The notes under the pieces are model-generated. The model was not told the origin of the DNA. It saw only the letters and a program-made list of their open reading frames with translations, and did no database searches. A stretch of DNA of 64,000 nucleotides. Origin: Calcarisporiella thermophila CBS 279.70 (taxonomy: Eukaryota > Fungi > Calcarisporiellomycota). The position numbers were made by a program, and so were the translations under genes. Location of the stretch: the NCBI RefSeq assembly GCF_041956535.1, contig NW_027192215.1, positions 365,179-429,178 on the forward strand. The letters are read 5' to 3'. Of the stretch, positions 63,268 through 64,000 are shown piece after piece (the first letter of the stretch is position 1; each line of letters opens with the position of its first letter).

Positions 63268-64000
63268 ACGATATAGTGGTATTAGGTGCGGTGGGATAAG
63301 AATACCGAAAGGGAGTCAAGTCGGCTAATTGGGGACTGGGTATATATAAATGATCACAACCTGGGAGCACTTTTTCTAGCATTTCCAAAATATCCAAGCG
63401 AGCAGGGGATTCCAGCCAATCAGTGAAGATTGTTTTGCAATTACACTTTGTTATTCAACAAAAGGTAACACCGGCAAAAAGCAGTCCCGACCTTCCCAGT
63501 TTGACCTGGAACCACTATGGATATTTGAAAAAATTTGGAGAGCCAAGTTTGAGAATGAGCGGCTAGATGAATTTGATCTTCATGCTAATCCGTGGGAATA
63601 GGTCGATGAATATCTAGAATATGTGCTTATGCTCTTTATTCACATATAAACTGGCATACTACCTCGCCCCTCCCGCCCGTCGACGCAATGTTGACTAACC
63701 GTCCGACTACTCAGCGTTGCACCATATGCATAGAAGTGCATAAGGTATGCTTGCTCATATATACTTAACCATATGGCAAATATAGACTTTCTATCGCTGG
63801 ATCAAGAATGGCCAGATTGACATAATCCAATGAGGGGCCAGTCATACGACAGGATTAATAGGAGTCATTAATAAGCCAACGAGAAAGTAATGAGTGCGAA
63901 ATCCACATGGTTACGCATGGTTTTTAGATTTGGGAATGATGCACAAGTTCGTCAGATGTCAGGGCTTATATATTTACGCGTTAATTCATCTCCGCTTCGC

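Overview
Eukaryotic, intron-rich, AT-rich fungal DNA with four N-gaps (36383-36789, 41302-41985, 50875-50894, 53378-54180). The gene content and style suggest an early-diverging fungus; a Basidiobolus-like lineage is a plausible inference but is not shown by the sequence. From left to right the window holds: eIF4A; a single-module NRPS (C-A-T plus a fused FSH1/LovG-type hydrolase); a 14-exon CACTA/CMC-type transposase; a small secreted 8-Cys prepropeptide; an MME1-like mitochondrial carrier; NTA1 amidase; a PH-like/polyQ protein; a possible 60-aa Cys/His microprotein; a CaM kinase divergent from the NEO1 flippase; three tandem M36 fungalysins with an intronless bacterial-looking secreted gene between copies; a decayed DIRS retrotransposon (RT/RH/adenine MTase/YR); a fungal TF-like protein with no visible Zn2Cys6 domain; a DHA2 MFS transporter; and an auxin-efflux-carrier-family transporter. 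The best candidate for a new system is the NRPS. Its release domain has Cys in place of the Ser nucleophile (GFCEG), and its C domain carries one in-frame TAG exactly where Trp is expected. Runners-up are the 31-aa four-disulfide peptide and the 13-intron transposase. All family assignments come from motif recognition by eye; no searches were run.
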